Below are positions 1 to 9,815 of a stretch of DNA of 64,000 bases, piece after piece (position 1 is the stretch's first letter; every line of letters begins with the position of its first letter). The stretch is from Alphaproteobacteria bacterium. Lineage in GTDB: Bacteria > Pseudomonadota > Alphaproteobacteria > CALKHQ01. The stretch is taken from contig CBDDFZ010000001.1 in NCBI GenBank assembly GCA_965227515.1, positions 3,584,001 to 3,648,000 of the forward strand, given 5' to 3'. The position numbers and the translations under genes are program-made. Under the pieces are notes generated by a model. That model made no database searches and was not told the origin of the DNA. It worked only from the letters and a program-made list of their open reading frames with translations.

Positions 1-132
1 GCAGCCCGACGGGCCCAGGAAGCAGCAATAGCTGCCGTCCTCCACCGTCAGGCTGACCCCGTCGACCGCCGTCGTGGCGCCGAAGGTCTTGTAGATGCCG
101 ACAAGCTCGATGCTGCCGTTCTCGATTGCCAT
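1..132 (-). CDS. ABC transporter ATP-binding protein (PotA-like), N-terminal part only; runs off the window edge
   Basis: Manual translation from ATG at 132: MAIENGSIELVGIYKTFGATTAVDGVSLTVEDGSYCCFLGPSGC, ending in the start of Walker A; follows two permease genes. Confidence 0.85.
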   Translation of the reverse strand, partial: MAIENGSIELVGIYKTFGATTAVDGVSLTVEDGSYCCFLGPSGC

Positions 133-152
133 TGTCTGCCTGGCCCCCGGGT

Positions 153-1040
153 TCAGTGTGCCGGCCGGCGCGCGGCGCGGCGCTTCTGGATCATCGCGAT
201 GGCCCCGATGGACGCACCGATGATGACGAACGAGATGATGGTGGTGACGGTGCCGAGCGCGTAGAGGCTGGGCGACGTGACGTTCAGCGTCATCGTCCAG
301 ATCTCCAGCGGCAGCGTGTTGGAGCCGCCCGTCGTCAGCAGGGTGCGCGGGAACTCGTCATAGGACAGCGTGAAGCTGAACAGCGCGACCGCGATCAGGC
401 CTGGCGCCAGGATCGGGATCACGATCAGCCGCGTGGTCTGCCAGCGGCTGGCGCCAAGGTCGCGCCCCGCCTCTTCCCACGCACCGTTGAAGCGCGAGAG
501 GACGGCGAACACCACCAGCACGCCGAAGGGCAGCGTCCAGCTCAAGTGCGCGCCCAGGCCCGATGTGGCGTAACCGGTGTCGAGGCCGAGGAAGCGGAAC
601 AAGAGGCCGATGCCGATGCCGAGCACATAACCGGGTGCCACCAGGCTGCCGATCATCAGGTAAAACACCACCCGGTCGCCGAAGAAGCCGCGGCGGAATG
701 CCAGCCCCACCATCAGCGAGACCACGACCGTCAGCACGGTGACGATCAGCGCCAGGGTGATCGACCGCTGGAAACCGCCGGCGACGTCGCCGGTGCGCAC
801 CTGGGTGAACAGGTCCTCGAACCAGTGCAGGCTCAGCCCCTTCATCGGAAACACCAGCCCGCCGCGCACATCCTGGAACGACAGGATGTAGATGCAGATC
901 ATCGGGCCGTAGAGGAACAGCACGTAGCCGGTGAACAGCGCGAACAGGATGTAGAACGTCCACGCCCGCTTGCTGCGGCTGCCGGCGCGCCGCTTGGTCT
1001 TGGCGGCGCCGCCGATGCGGCTGACGGCGATGTCGGTCAT
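153..1040 (-). CDS. ABC transporter permease (PotC-like)
   Basis: Hydrophobic protein from MTDIAV with EAA loop (WEEAGRDLGAS); ATG overlaps the upstream stop. Confidence 0.9.
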   Translation of the reverse strand: MTDIAVSRIGGAAKTKRRAGSRSKRAWTFYILFALFTGYVLFLYGPMICIYILSFQDVRGGLVFPMKGLSLHWFEDLFTQVRTGDVAGGFQRSITLALIVTVLTVVVSLMVGLAFRRGFFGDRVVFYLMIGSLVAPGYVLGIGIGLLFRFLGLDTGYATSGLGAHLSWTLPFGVLVVFAVLSRFNGAWEEAGRDLGASRWQTTRLIVIPILAPGLIAVALFSFTLSYDEFPRTLLTTGGSNTLPLEIWTMTLNVTSPSLYALGTVTTIISFVIIGASIGAIAMIQKRRAARRPAH

Positions 1041-1900
1041 CCGCTGATCTCCTTGCGCACGTCGACCACGCGCAGGATCAGCGCGATCATTAGGATCACG
1101 ACGGCCATCAGCACCACCGCGCTGGCGGCAGCCGGCGGGTAGAGCAGCACGGCAATGTCCTCGAACATCGCGCCGACCACCGAGGCCGAGCCGCCGCCGC
1201 TCATCACCTTCACCACGAAGAAGTCGCCCATCACGATCGACACCACGAAGATGGAGCCGAGCGCGATACCGCTCTTCGACAGCGGCAGCACAATCAGGCG
1301 GATCACGTCCCACCGGCTGGCGCCGGCGTCGCGCGCGCTTTCCACCAGATTCTTGTCGATCCGCGCCATGGCGTTGAAGATCGGCACCACCATGAAGATG
1401 GTGCACTGGTGGACGTAGGCGACGACCACCGCGAAATCGGAAAACAGCAGGAATTCCAGCGGGTTCTCGATGACGCCGATGCCGATCAGCGCCTGGTTGA
1501 TCAGGCCCTCCTTACCCAGCACCGGGATCCACGCGATCATGCGGATGATGGCGGAAGTCCAGAACGGCACCGTGCAAACGAGGAAGAGGCCGATGGCGAG
1601 CAACTGGTTCCTGACGTGGAACACCAGGAAATAGGCCACCCAGAACCCGAGGATGGTCGAGAACAGCCAGGTCAGCAGCGTGAACTTGATCGTCGAGTAG
1701 TAGAGATCGAACGTGAGCTGCGACGAGAACAGGTATGAATAGTTGTCGAGGGTGAATGTCGGGAAGATGCCGCCGAAGCCATCGCTCTCGAACACACTGG
1801 CCACCAGCACGACGCCGATCGGCACCAGGAAGAACGGGATCAGCACGATCATGAGCGGGGTCGTGAACAGCCAGCCGCGAAGGTGGCGTCGAGCGATCAT
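1037..1900 (-). CDS. ABC transporter permease (PotB-like)
   Basis: Multiple TM helices, EAA loop (LVESARDAGAS), PFWTS motif. Confidence 0.9.
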   Translation of the reverse strand: MIARRHLRGWLFTTPLMIVLIPFFLVPIGVVLVASVFESDGFGGIFPTFTLDNYSYLFSSQLTFDLYYSTIKFTLLTWLFSTILGFWVAYFLVFHVRNQLLAIGLFLVCTVPFWTSAIIRMIAWIPVLGKEGLINQALIGIGVIENPLEFLLFSDFAVVVAYVHQCTIFMVVPIFNAMARIDKNLVESARDAGASRWDVIRLIVLPLSKSGIALGSIFVVSIVMGDFFVVKVMSGGGSASVVGAMFEDIAVLLYPPAAASAVVLMAVVILMIALILRVVDVRKEISG

Positions 1901-1919
1901 CGGCAGTTCGCCTCAGACA

Positions 1920-1988
1920 AGTTGGATGGCCAATTGGATGGCCGATTGGACGGAGAGTGCCCCTCCCCCGACGCGCGGGAGAGGGGCG
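1920..1988. repeat. 12-bp tandem repeat (TTGGATGGCCRA x~2.7) followed by a GC hairpin between SBP and permease genes
   Basis: ttggatggccaa ttggatggccga ttggacgg, then gcccctcccccg-acgcg-cgggagaggggc. Confidence 0.6.
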
Positions 1989-2002
1989 ATACGCACGGCC
2001 GG

Positions 2003-3352
2003 TCAGGCCGTCTTGAACTCGTTCCAGCGCCGGTTCATGTACTGGGCCTCGTCCATCAGCGTGTTCCAGCACGAGATGTTGGTCACACGCTCCAGGAACG
2101 AGCCGCCGTCGCGCATGGCGCCGGCCGGCTCCATCGGCACGCCGTACGGGTCGAGCACTTCCTCGATGGCGGGCGCGCCTTCGTACCAGTAGGCCCACTC
2201 GTTCTCGGACAGGTACTCCTTGGCGGTCGACGGCACCGGGCTGTAGTAGCCGTAGCGGGCCACGAACGCGCCCTGCCAGCCGGAGAGGTACCAGTTCAGG
2301 TACTCGTAGGCAGCCTCAAGCTTCAGGCCCTCAAGGTGGCCCATCAGCGCCATGCCGTTACACCAGCCGCGATAGCCTTCCTTGCCGTCCTTGATGTTGA
2401 CCGGCGCGTAGATGCACGGGATGTCGCGCACCCGCACCGCGGCCACCGCCGGCGACCACATCGACTGGATGATCACCTCGCCCGCCGCCATCAACTGCAC
2501 CGACTGGTCGAACGTGGTCCACGTCGCACGGAAATGGCCCGCCTTCTTCAGCTCGATCAGCTTCTCGATGGTGAAGTCGATCTCCTCGCGGGTCATGTTG
2601 CCCTTGTTGCCGTAGGTGATCAGGCCCGCGCTCTCGAAGCACAGGGCTGCGTCCATGATGCCGATGGCCGGCACGTCCAGGATCGCCGCCTTGCCAGCGA
2701 ATGCCGGGTCGATCAGCTCCTTCCACTCGGTCACCTCGTGGCCGACCAGGTCGGGCCGGTAGCCGATGGAGTCCGCGTTGTAGACCTGCGGCAGGAAGGT
2801 CGCCCACTCGGTCACGCCGTCATGCAGCTCGGTGGCGTCCGGGCTTTCGATATACATCGCCTCGTAGGGGGAGATGCCCTGGCGCGACACGACCTTCCCG
2901 TCGATCTCGCCCTGGGTGAAGATCGGCAGGATGTTGTCGAATTGCTCGATCTTGGCGACCTCGATGCCCTGCAGCACGCCCTGGCGGGTCGCCAGCTTGG
3001 CCTGCCAGCCCTCGACGTCGGCAATGTCGACCGTATCGGGCTGGGTGACGAAGCGGTTGATCGCCGCCGACGTGTCCAGGTTCTGCATGGTGACGGTAAA
3101 GCCGAGGTCGGCGGACGCCTGGTCGCCAATCGCCTTCACCACCGAATAGCTGACACCGACATGGTGCAGCTCGATGTCCTTGATGTTCTGCGCCCAGATG
3201 GTCGGCGCCCCGACAACACTTGTGGCGGCGGCTGCGCCGGCAGCGGTCGCGCCCGTCTTCAGAAAATCCCGGCGCGTCCTGCCAGTAGTCGCTTTCGACT
3301 TGCGATCAGCACGCGATTTCTGGTCGATGGAAGACGTTTTCAACAGACACAC
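2003..3352 (-). CDS. PotD/PotF-family ABC substrate-binding protein with Tat signal (exact start uncertain)
   Basis: TRRDFLK twin-arginine motif plus AxA-type cleavage; first gene of the ABC operon. Confidence 0.85.
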   Translation of the reverse strand: MCLLKTSSIDQKSRADRKSKATTGRTRRDFLKTGATAAGAAAATSVVGAPTIWAQNIKDIELHHVGVSYSVVKAIGDQASADLGFTVTMQNLDTSAAINRFVTQPDTVDIADVEGWQAKLATRQGVLQGIEVAKIEQFDNILPIFTQGEIDGKVVSRQGISPYEAMYIESPDATELHDGVTEWATFLPQVYNADSIGYRPDLVGHEVTEWKELIDPAFAGKAAILDVPAIGIMDAALCFESAGLITYGNKGNMTREEIDFTIEKLIELKKAGHFRATWTTFDQSVQLMAAGEVIIQSMWSPAVAAVRVRDIPCIYAPVNIKDGKEGYRGWCNGMALMGHLEGLKLEAAYEYLNWYLSGWQGAFVARYGYYSPVPSTAKEYLSENEWAYWYEGAPAIEEVLDPYGVPMEPAGAMRDGGSFLERVTNISCWNTLMDEAQYMNRRWNEFKTA

Positions 3353-3650
3353 TCCTCGCTTCGTGTTGTGGAAGACGTAGACTTGAGCTCATCTTCTAGA
3401 GAAGTTTCGAGAAGCGTGGCGACTTTTTCGCAATGCAGCAAATCTATTGTTTTTATCCCCACCATAAGAATTTTTTATTGATGGGAAATCTGCCCAACTG
3501 CGCGGCATATGCTTATTTTTTGCAATGCACAATTGGGGCGTCGGCGGGGATTGATTTCTGTCCCCGGCACAACAATCATCTACACGCACCCCCTGAGACG
3601 GGGCGCGGCGATCCGCTGCGCAACAGGACGGTGCCTGGACGCTAGAGATC

Positions 3651-5858
3651 GTGCCCTCGAAACAGGCAAGCCACATCGACCCTTCCGAAATCGACGCCAT
3701 CGTGGGTGGCAACCACGGCGATCCGTTTGCCGTGCTCGGCATGCATGGCGGCGACGGCGCGCCGTTGTCGGTGCGGACCTTCGCGCCGCAGGCGGCCGAA
3801 GTTGGCGTGCTCGATGCCAAGACCGGCCGCCGCCTGGCGGACCTCGAGCGCATCCACCCGGACGGTTTCTTCGCCGGGACCGTTCCGCGGCGGCGCAAGC
3901 GCTTCGCCTACCGTTTCGAGATGAAGGCTGGCGACGCGGTCTGGCAGCAGGACGACGCCTACCGGTTCCCGCGCGTCCTCGGCGACCTGGACATGCACCT
4001 GATCGGCGAGGGTCGCCACCGCCGGCTCTACGACCACATGGGCGCACACCCGATGACGATGGAGGGGGTCGGTGGCGTCGCCTTCGCGGTGTGGGCGCCG
4101 AACGCGCGCCGGGTCAGCGTGGTCGGCGACTTCAACGGCTGGGACGGTCGCCGCCACCCCATGCGGTGCCTGCACGGCATCGGTATCTGGGAGCTGTTCG
4201 TCCCCGGGCTCGCCGCCGGCACGATCTACAAGTTCGAGGTCATCGGCGCCCATGGGGAGCGCCTGCCACTGAAGGCCGACCCGTTCGCCTTCGCCGCCGA
4301 ACAGCCGCCGAAGACCGGCTCGCTGGTCCATGGCGCGCTCGATCATGAGTGGCGCGACGCCGACTGGATGTTCGCGCGCGCCGACGCCCAGGCACTGTCC
4401 GCGCCGGTGTCGATCTACGAGGTCCATCTCGGCTCGTGGCGGCGTGGCGACGGCAACCGCACCCTCGGCTACGACGACATGGCCGACCAGCTTGTCGGCT
4501 ATGCCAAGGACATGGGCTTCACCCATATCGAGCTGCTGCCGGTCAGCGAGCACCCGTTCAGCGGATCATGGGGCTATCAGCCGATCGGCCTGTTCGCGCC
4601 AACCAGCCGCTTCGGCCCGCCCGAAGCGTTCGCCCGCTTCGTCGATGCCTGCCACCGCGCCGGCCTGGGCCTGATCGTCGACTGGGTGCCGGCGCACTTC
4701 CCCTCCGACGAGCACGGACTTGCCCATTTCGACGGCACAGCCCTCTACGAACACGCCGACCCGCGCGAGGGCTTCCACAAGGACTGGAACACCCTGATCT
4801 ACAATTTCGGCCGCACCGAGGTGGCCAATTTCCTGGTCACCAACGCCCTGTTCTGGCTCGACCGCTACCACATCGACGGGCTGAGGGTGGATGCGGTCGC
4901 CTCCATGCTCTACCGCGACTACAGCCGCCAGGCCGGCGAGTGGCTGCCCAACGTCCATGGCGGGCGCGAGAATCTGGAGGCCATCGCGTTCCTGCGCGAG
5001 ATGAACACCCGGCTGTACGGCGACTACCCCGGCGCCACCAGCATCGCCGAGGAGTCCACGGCGTTCCCGCAGGTCAGCCGGCCGGTCGACGGCGGTGGGC
5101 TGGGCTTCGGCTATAAGTGGAACATGGGCTGGATGCACGACACGCTGGAATACATGAAGCTGGACCCGGTGCACCGCAGCCACCACCAGCACCAGCTCAG
5201 CTTCGGCATCGACTACGCGTTCTCGGAGAACTTCGTGCTGCCGCTCAGCCACGACGAGGTCGTCCACGGCAAGGGCTCGCTGCTGAGCCGCATGCCCGGC
5301 GACCGCTGGCAAAAGTTCGCCAACTTGCGCGCCTATTTCGGCTTCATGTGGACCCATCCGGGCAAGAAGCTGCTGTTCATGGGCGGCGAATTCGGCCAGG
5401 AGCGCGAGTGGAACCACGATCATTCGCTGGACTGGCACCTGACCGGCGACCCGATGCACCGGGGCGTCCAGGCGCTGGTCCGCGACCTGAACGCGCTCTA
5501 CCGCGCCACGCCCTCACTGCACCAACTGGACTGCGACGGGGCGGGCTTCGAGTGGATCGACGCCAGCGACACCGCCAACAGCATCATCGTCTTCCTGCGC
5601 AAGGGGCGAGACGGCACGCCGCCCGCCCTCGTCATTTGCAACTTCACGCCGGTGGTGCGAGAGGCGTACAAGGTCGGCGTGCCGATTGGCGGCGCGTGGA
5701 CGGAAGTGATGAACACCGACGCAAGCACCTATGGCGGATCGAATGTCGGCAATGGCGGTAATGTCGACGCCAGTTCCGACGGCTGGCATGGCCGCCCGGC
5801 GTCGCTGACGCTCACCTTGCCGCCGCTCGCCACCCTCGTCCTGCAGCCGGCAGGCTGA
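3651..5858 (+). CDS. glgB: 1,4-alpha-glucan branching enzyme
   Basis: GH13 motifs [43 protein letters not shown]. Confidence 0.97.
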   Translation: MPSKQASHIDPSEIDAIVGGNHGDPFAVLGMHGGDGAPLSVRTFAPQAAEVGVLDAKTGRRLADLERIHPDGFFAGTVPRRRKRFAYRFEMKAGDAVWQQDDAYRFPRVLGDLDMHLIGEGRHRRLYDHMGAHPMTMEGVGGVAFAVWAPNARRVSVVGDFNGWDGRRHPMRCLHGIGIWELFVPGLAAGTIYKFEVIGAHGERLPLKADPFAFAAEQPPKTGSLVHGALDHEWRDADWMFARADAQALSAPVSIYEVHLGSWRRGDGNRTLGYDDMADQLVGYAKDMGFTHIELLPVSEHPFSGSWGYQPIGLFAPTSRFGPPEAFARFVDACHRAGLGLIVDWVPAHFPSDEHGLAHFDGTALYEHADPREGFHKDWNTLIYNFGRTEVANFLVTNALFWLDRYHIDGLRVDAVASMLYRDYSRQAGEWLPNVHGGRENLEAIAFLREMNTRLYGDYPGATSIAEESTAFPQVSRPVDGGGLGFGYKWNMGWMHDTLEYMKLDPVHRSHHQHQLSFGIDYAFSENFVLPLSHDEVVHGKGSLLSRMPGDRWQKFANLRAYFGFMWTHPGKKLLFMGGEFGQEREWNHDHSLDWHLTGDPMHRGVQALVRDLNALYRATPSLHQLDCDGAGFEWIDASDTANSIIVFLRKGRDGTPPALVICNFTPVVREAYKVGVPIGGAWTEVMNTDASTYGGSNVGNGGNVDASSDGWHGRPASLTLTLPPLATLVLQPAG

Positions 5859-5893
5859 GCTTTCCCTTGCCGACGGAGCGGACCTAGTTGGCC

Positions 5894-7978
5894 ATGAAAG
5901 TCGAAGCCGGGTCGCCCTTTCCGCTGGGCGCCACCTGGGACGGGCTCGGTGTCAACTTCGCCCTGTTCTCCGCCAATGCCGAGAAAGTTGAGCTCTGCCT
6001 GTTCGACAGCAACGGGCGACGCGAGATCGAGCGCATTGCGCTGCCCGAGTACACCCACGAGATCTGGCACGGCTACCTGCCCGAGGTTAGGCCGGGACAG
6101 CTCTACGGCTACCGCGTCCATGGGCCGTACGACCCCAAGAACGGCCATCGGTTCAACCCGCACAAGCTGCTGCTCGATCCCTATGCCGCCGAATTGCGCG
6201 GCGACCTGCGCTGGCACGATGCGCTTTTCGGCTATCGGGTCGGCCACAATCGCGAGGACCTGTCGTTCGACCGCCGCGATTCCGCGTTCGTGATGCCGAA
6301 GTGCGTGGTGGTCGACCGCGCGGTGACCTGGGGCGACGACCGCCGGCCGCAGGTGCCCTGGACCCGCACGGTGATCTACGAGGCGCACGTCAAGGGCATG
6401 ACCGCCCGCCACCCGGACGTGCAGCCGCACCTGCGCGGCACCTTCGCCGGTCTGGCGCACCCGAAGATCATTGAGAACCTGGTCAAGCTGGGCGTCACCG
6501 CCGTCGAGCTGATGCCGGCCCAGGCCTTCTTCGACGACCGCTATCTGGTCGAGAAGGACCTGACCAATTACTGGGGCTACAACACCATCGGGTTCTTCGC
6601 CCCGGCCGCGCGCTATATCTCGCCCGGCGGCAGCCTGCACGAATTCAAGCAGATGGTGCGCCACCTGCACGAGGCCGGCATCGAGGTGTTGATGGACGTG
6701 GTCTACAACCACACGGCCGAGGGCAACCAGCTGGGCCCGACGCTGTCGTTCCGCGGCATCGACAACGCCAGCTACTACATCCTGGGCGACGACCCCCGGT
6801 ACTATTTCGACATGACCGGTTGCGGCAACACCGTGAACCTGCGCCACCCGCGGGTGCTGCAGATGGTGATGGACTCGCTGCGCTTCTGGGTCGAGGAATG
6901 CCATGTCGACGGGTTCCGTTTCGATCTGGCCAGCTCGCTCGGCCGCGAGCGCGAGGCATTCGAGCCGCGGGCCGGCTTCCTGGATGCCGTGCGGCAGGAC
7001 CCGGTGCTGTCCAAAGTGAAGATGATCGCCGAACCCTGGGACGTGGGGCCGGACGGCTACCAGCTCGGCAACTTCCCGCCGATGTGGGCGGAGTGGAACG
7101 ACAAGTACCGCGACGGTATCCGCGCGTTCTGGCGCGGCGAGCCGGACTCGCTGCGCGGTCTCGCCACCGGCCTGCTGGGCACCGCGGCGGTGTTCGACCA
7201 CCACGGGCGCCGGCCATGGTCCAGCATCAATTTCATCACCGCCCACGACGGCTTCACGCTGGCCGATCTGGTCTCCTACGACCACAAGCACAATGAAGCG
7301 AACAAGGAGGACAATCGCGACGGCCACGACCACAATCTAAGCACCAACAATGGGGTCGAAGGCCCGACCGACGACCCGGACGTGCTCGACCGCCGCGACC
7401 GGATGAAGCGTAACCTGATCACGACGCTGCTGCTCTCCCAGGGTACGCCGATGATGCTGATGGGCGACGCGGTCGGCCGCAGCCAGATGGGCAACAACAA
7501 CGCCTATTGCCAGGATAACGAGACCACCTGGATGCCCTGGGAAGACCTGGACGAGCGCGCCGAGAGTTTCCGTCACTTCGTGCGCCGGGTGGGCCTGATC
7601 CGCCGGATGACCGCCGCGTTCCGCCAGGATCGGTTCCTCCACGGACGACCCGTCAACGACAGCAATGGCACCCGCGACGTGGTGTGGCTGAAACCCGATG
7701 GCGCGGAGATGACAATGGATGACTGGGCAAACCCGGGCATCAGGATCGTCGGCCTGCTGTTCGCCAACGGCAACGGGGAACGCGCCTTGATCCTGGTCAA
7801 CGGCAGCGACGCCGCCATTGCGTTCAGCGTTCCGACCGGGGCCACGGCGCGCGGCTGGCGTGTGCTGATCGACACCGCGCGCGGCGTGGTGCTGCCGTCC
7901 GATCCGCCACCGGCAGTCGACAAGGCGGTCGCCCTGCCGGAGCGGAGCATGATCGTCCTGGGCAGCAACCGAGGCTAG
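5894..7978 (+). CDS. glgX: Glycogen debranching enzyme
   Basis: PLGATWDG, NYWGYN, DVVYNHTAEG, GFRFDLA, AEPWD, TAHDGFTL, NNNAYCQDN. Confidence 0.96.
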   Translation: MKVEAGSPFPLGATWDGLGVNFALFSANAEKVELCLFDSNGRREIERIALPEYTHEIWHGYLPEVRPGQLYGYRVHGPYDPKNGHRFNPHKLLLDPYAAELRGDLRWHDALFGYRVGHNREDLSFDRRDSAFVMPKCVVVDRAVTWGDDRRPQVPWTRTVIYEAHVKGMTARHPDVQPHLRGTFAGLAHPKIIENLVKLGVTAVELMPAQAFFDDRYLVEKDLTNYWGYNTIGFFAPAARYISPGGSLHEFKQMVRHLHEAGIEVLMDVVYNHTAEGNQLGPTLSFRGIDNASYYILGDDPRYYFDMTGCGNTVNLRHPRVLQMVMDSLRFWVEECHVDGFRFDLASSLGREREAFEPRAGFLDAVRQDPVLSKVKMIAEPWDVGPDGYQLGNFPPMWAEWNDKYRDGIRAFWRGEPDSLRGLATGLLGTAAVFDHHGRRPWSSINFITAHDGFTLADLVSYDHKHNEANKEDNRDGHDHNLSTNNGVEGPTDDPDVLDRRDRMKRNLITTLLLSQGTPMMLMGDAVGRSQMGNNNAYCQDNETTWMPWEDLDERAESFRHFVRRVGLIRRMTAAFRQDRFLHGRPVNDSNGTRDVVWLKPDGAEMTMDDWANPGIRIVGLLFANGNGERALILVNGSDAAIAFSVPTGATARGWRVLIDTARGVVLPSDPPPAVDKAVALPERSMIVLGSNRG

Positions 7979-7985
7979 CCTAGCC

Positions 7986-9815
7986 ATGACCGGGCCGACT
8001 TGGGGTGCCGTGCCGCTGGGCGACGGCTATGCGCGCTTCAGGCTGTGGGCGCCGACCCAGCAGGCGGTGGCCCTGCACACGCCACGGGGCGACATCTCAA
8101 TACCGGCGGCTGGAGATGGCTGGTTTCAGGTCGAGACAGACGCCGTTGCCATCGGCGCGCCCTACGCCTTCCGTCTCGACGACGGCACCCTGGTGCCCGA
8201 TCCCGCATCCCGCGCCCAGCAAGGCGATGTGCACGGCCCGTCCCTGCTGGTCGACCCCGCTGCGTATCAATGGCAAGACAAAGGCTGGGCCGGCAGGCCG
8301 TGGGAAGAGGCCGTGATCTACGAGCTGCATGTCGGCACGTTCACGCCGGCGGGCACCTTCGCCGCCGCCATCGACCGGCTGGACCATCTGGCTGACCTGG
8401 GGATCACAGCCATCGAATTGATGCCGGTCGCCCAGTTCAGCGGAAATCGCGGCTGGGGCTATGACGGCGTGCTGCCGTACGCCCCGCACCGCGCCTATGG
8501 CACGCCGGACGACATGCGGGCTCTGGTTGACGCCGCCCACGCCCGCGGTCTGATGGTGCTGCTGGACGTGGTCTATAACCACTTCGGTCCGGACGGGAAC
8601 TACCTGCCCCTCTATGCGCCGGACTTCTTCGACCCAAAGCGGAGCACGCCCTGGGGACCTGCCATCGCCTACGACAAGCCGGCGGTGCGCGCGTTCTTCC
8701 TGGAGAACATCGTCACTTGGCTGGAGGGCTTTCACCTTGACGGACTACGCTTCGATGCCATCGACCAGATCCGCGACCCCTCCCCCCAGCCGATCATCGA
8801 GGAGATGGCGCGTGTGGCGCGGGCGCGTATCGCCGACCGGCCAGTGCACCTGACCACCGAGGACCACCGCAATATCATCGGCCTGCACAAGCGCGATGCC
8901 GCAGGGCGGCCGACGCTCTACACCGCCGAATGGAACGACGATTTCCACAACATCGCCCACGTCGTCGCCACTGGCGAGACCGAGGGCTATTACCAGGATT
9001 TCGCCGACGACCGTTTGGGCAGGCTCGCCCGCGCGTTGGCCGAGGGCTACGTCTACCAGGGCGAGCCATCGCCGAGCCACGATGGGGCGCCGCGCGGCGA
9101 GCCATGCAGTGAGCTGCCGCTGACCGCGTTCGTCGACTTCCTGCAGAATCACGACCAGGTCGGCAACCGCGCGCGCGGCGAACGTCTCGGCGCGCTGGCC
9201 GACCCGGCGCTGCTCGACGTGCTGGCGGCGATGCTGATCCTGTCGCCCTCGATCCCACTGTTGTTCATGGGAGAGGAATTCGGCGCCACCACGCCGTTCT
9301 GCTTCTTCACCGACTTCGACGGCGACCTGGCCGACGTGGTGCGCGAGGGGCGTCGCCGCGAGTTCGCCGCATGGCGCGCCTTCGCCGACGAGGCGGCGCG
9401 TGCGACGATCCCGGATCCCAACGCAGAGGCGACCTTTGCGGCCTCTCGCCTGGACTGGAACGAGGCCGAGAGCCCCGCCGGCCGGGCGCATCAGGACAAA
9501 TTGCAGCAGTTGCTGGCGTGCCGCCGCACCGAGATCGTGCCAAGGCTGGCCGGGATGCGCGGCGGGGCCGGCACCATCCGCTGTCAGCGCGACGCCCTGG
9601 TCGCGGTGACGTGGCGTCTGGGCGATGGCTCCGACTTGCACCTCGACGCCAACATTGCAGACCAGGACGCGCCGGCAGCGCCACCGCCCAGCGGCCGCCA
9701 GTTGCACGAGACCACCGCCGGCGCCTTCGCCGCGCTCGCCGCCGGCAATTTGCCGGCAATGGCCGCCGTGTGCTCGATCGCCGAGGCGGCGTCCGGCGCG
9801 GCCGCGCAACCATGA
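7986..9815 (+). CDS. treZ: Malto-oligosyltrehalose trehalohydrolase
   Basis: FRLWAP, YELHVGTF, WGYDGV, DVVYNHFGPDGNYL, QNHDQVGNR. Confidence 0.95.
   Translation: MTGPTWGAVPLGDGYARFRLWAPTQQAVALHTPRGDISIPAAGDGWFQVETDAVAIGAPYAFRLDDGTLVPDPASRAQQGDVHGPSLLVDPAAYQWQDKGWAGRPWEEAVIYELHVGTFTPAGTFAAAIDRLDHLADLGITAIELMPVAQFSGNRGWGYDGVLPYAPHRAYGTPDDMRALVDAAHARGLMVLLDVVYNHFGPDGNYLPLYAPDFFDPKRSTPWGPAIAYDKPAVRAFFLENIVTWLEGFHLDGLRFDAIDQIRDPSPQPIIEEMARVARARIADRPVHLTTEDHRNIIGLHKRDAAGRPTLYTAEWNDDFHNIAHVVATGETEGYYQDFADDRLGRLARALAEGYVYQGEPSPSHDGAPRGEPCSELPLTAFVDFLQNHDQVGNRARGERLGALADPALLDVLAAMLILSPSIPLLFMGEEFGATTPFCFFTDFDGDLADVVREGRRREFAAWRAFADEAARATIPDPNAEATFAASRLDWNEAESPAGRAHQDKLQQLLACRRTEIVPRLAGMRGGAGTIRCQRDALVAVTWRLGDGSDLHLDANIADQDAPAAPPPSGRQLHETTAGAFAALAAGNLPAMAAVCSIAEAASGAAAQP

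Noticed and set aside
9371-9811. 1053-aa ORF suggesting an N-terminally extended TreY
   Set aside because: The extension overlaps treZ out of frame and is Arg/Gly-rich shadow sequence; the real start is ATG 9812
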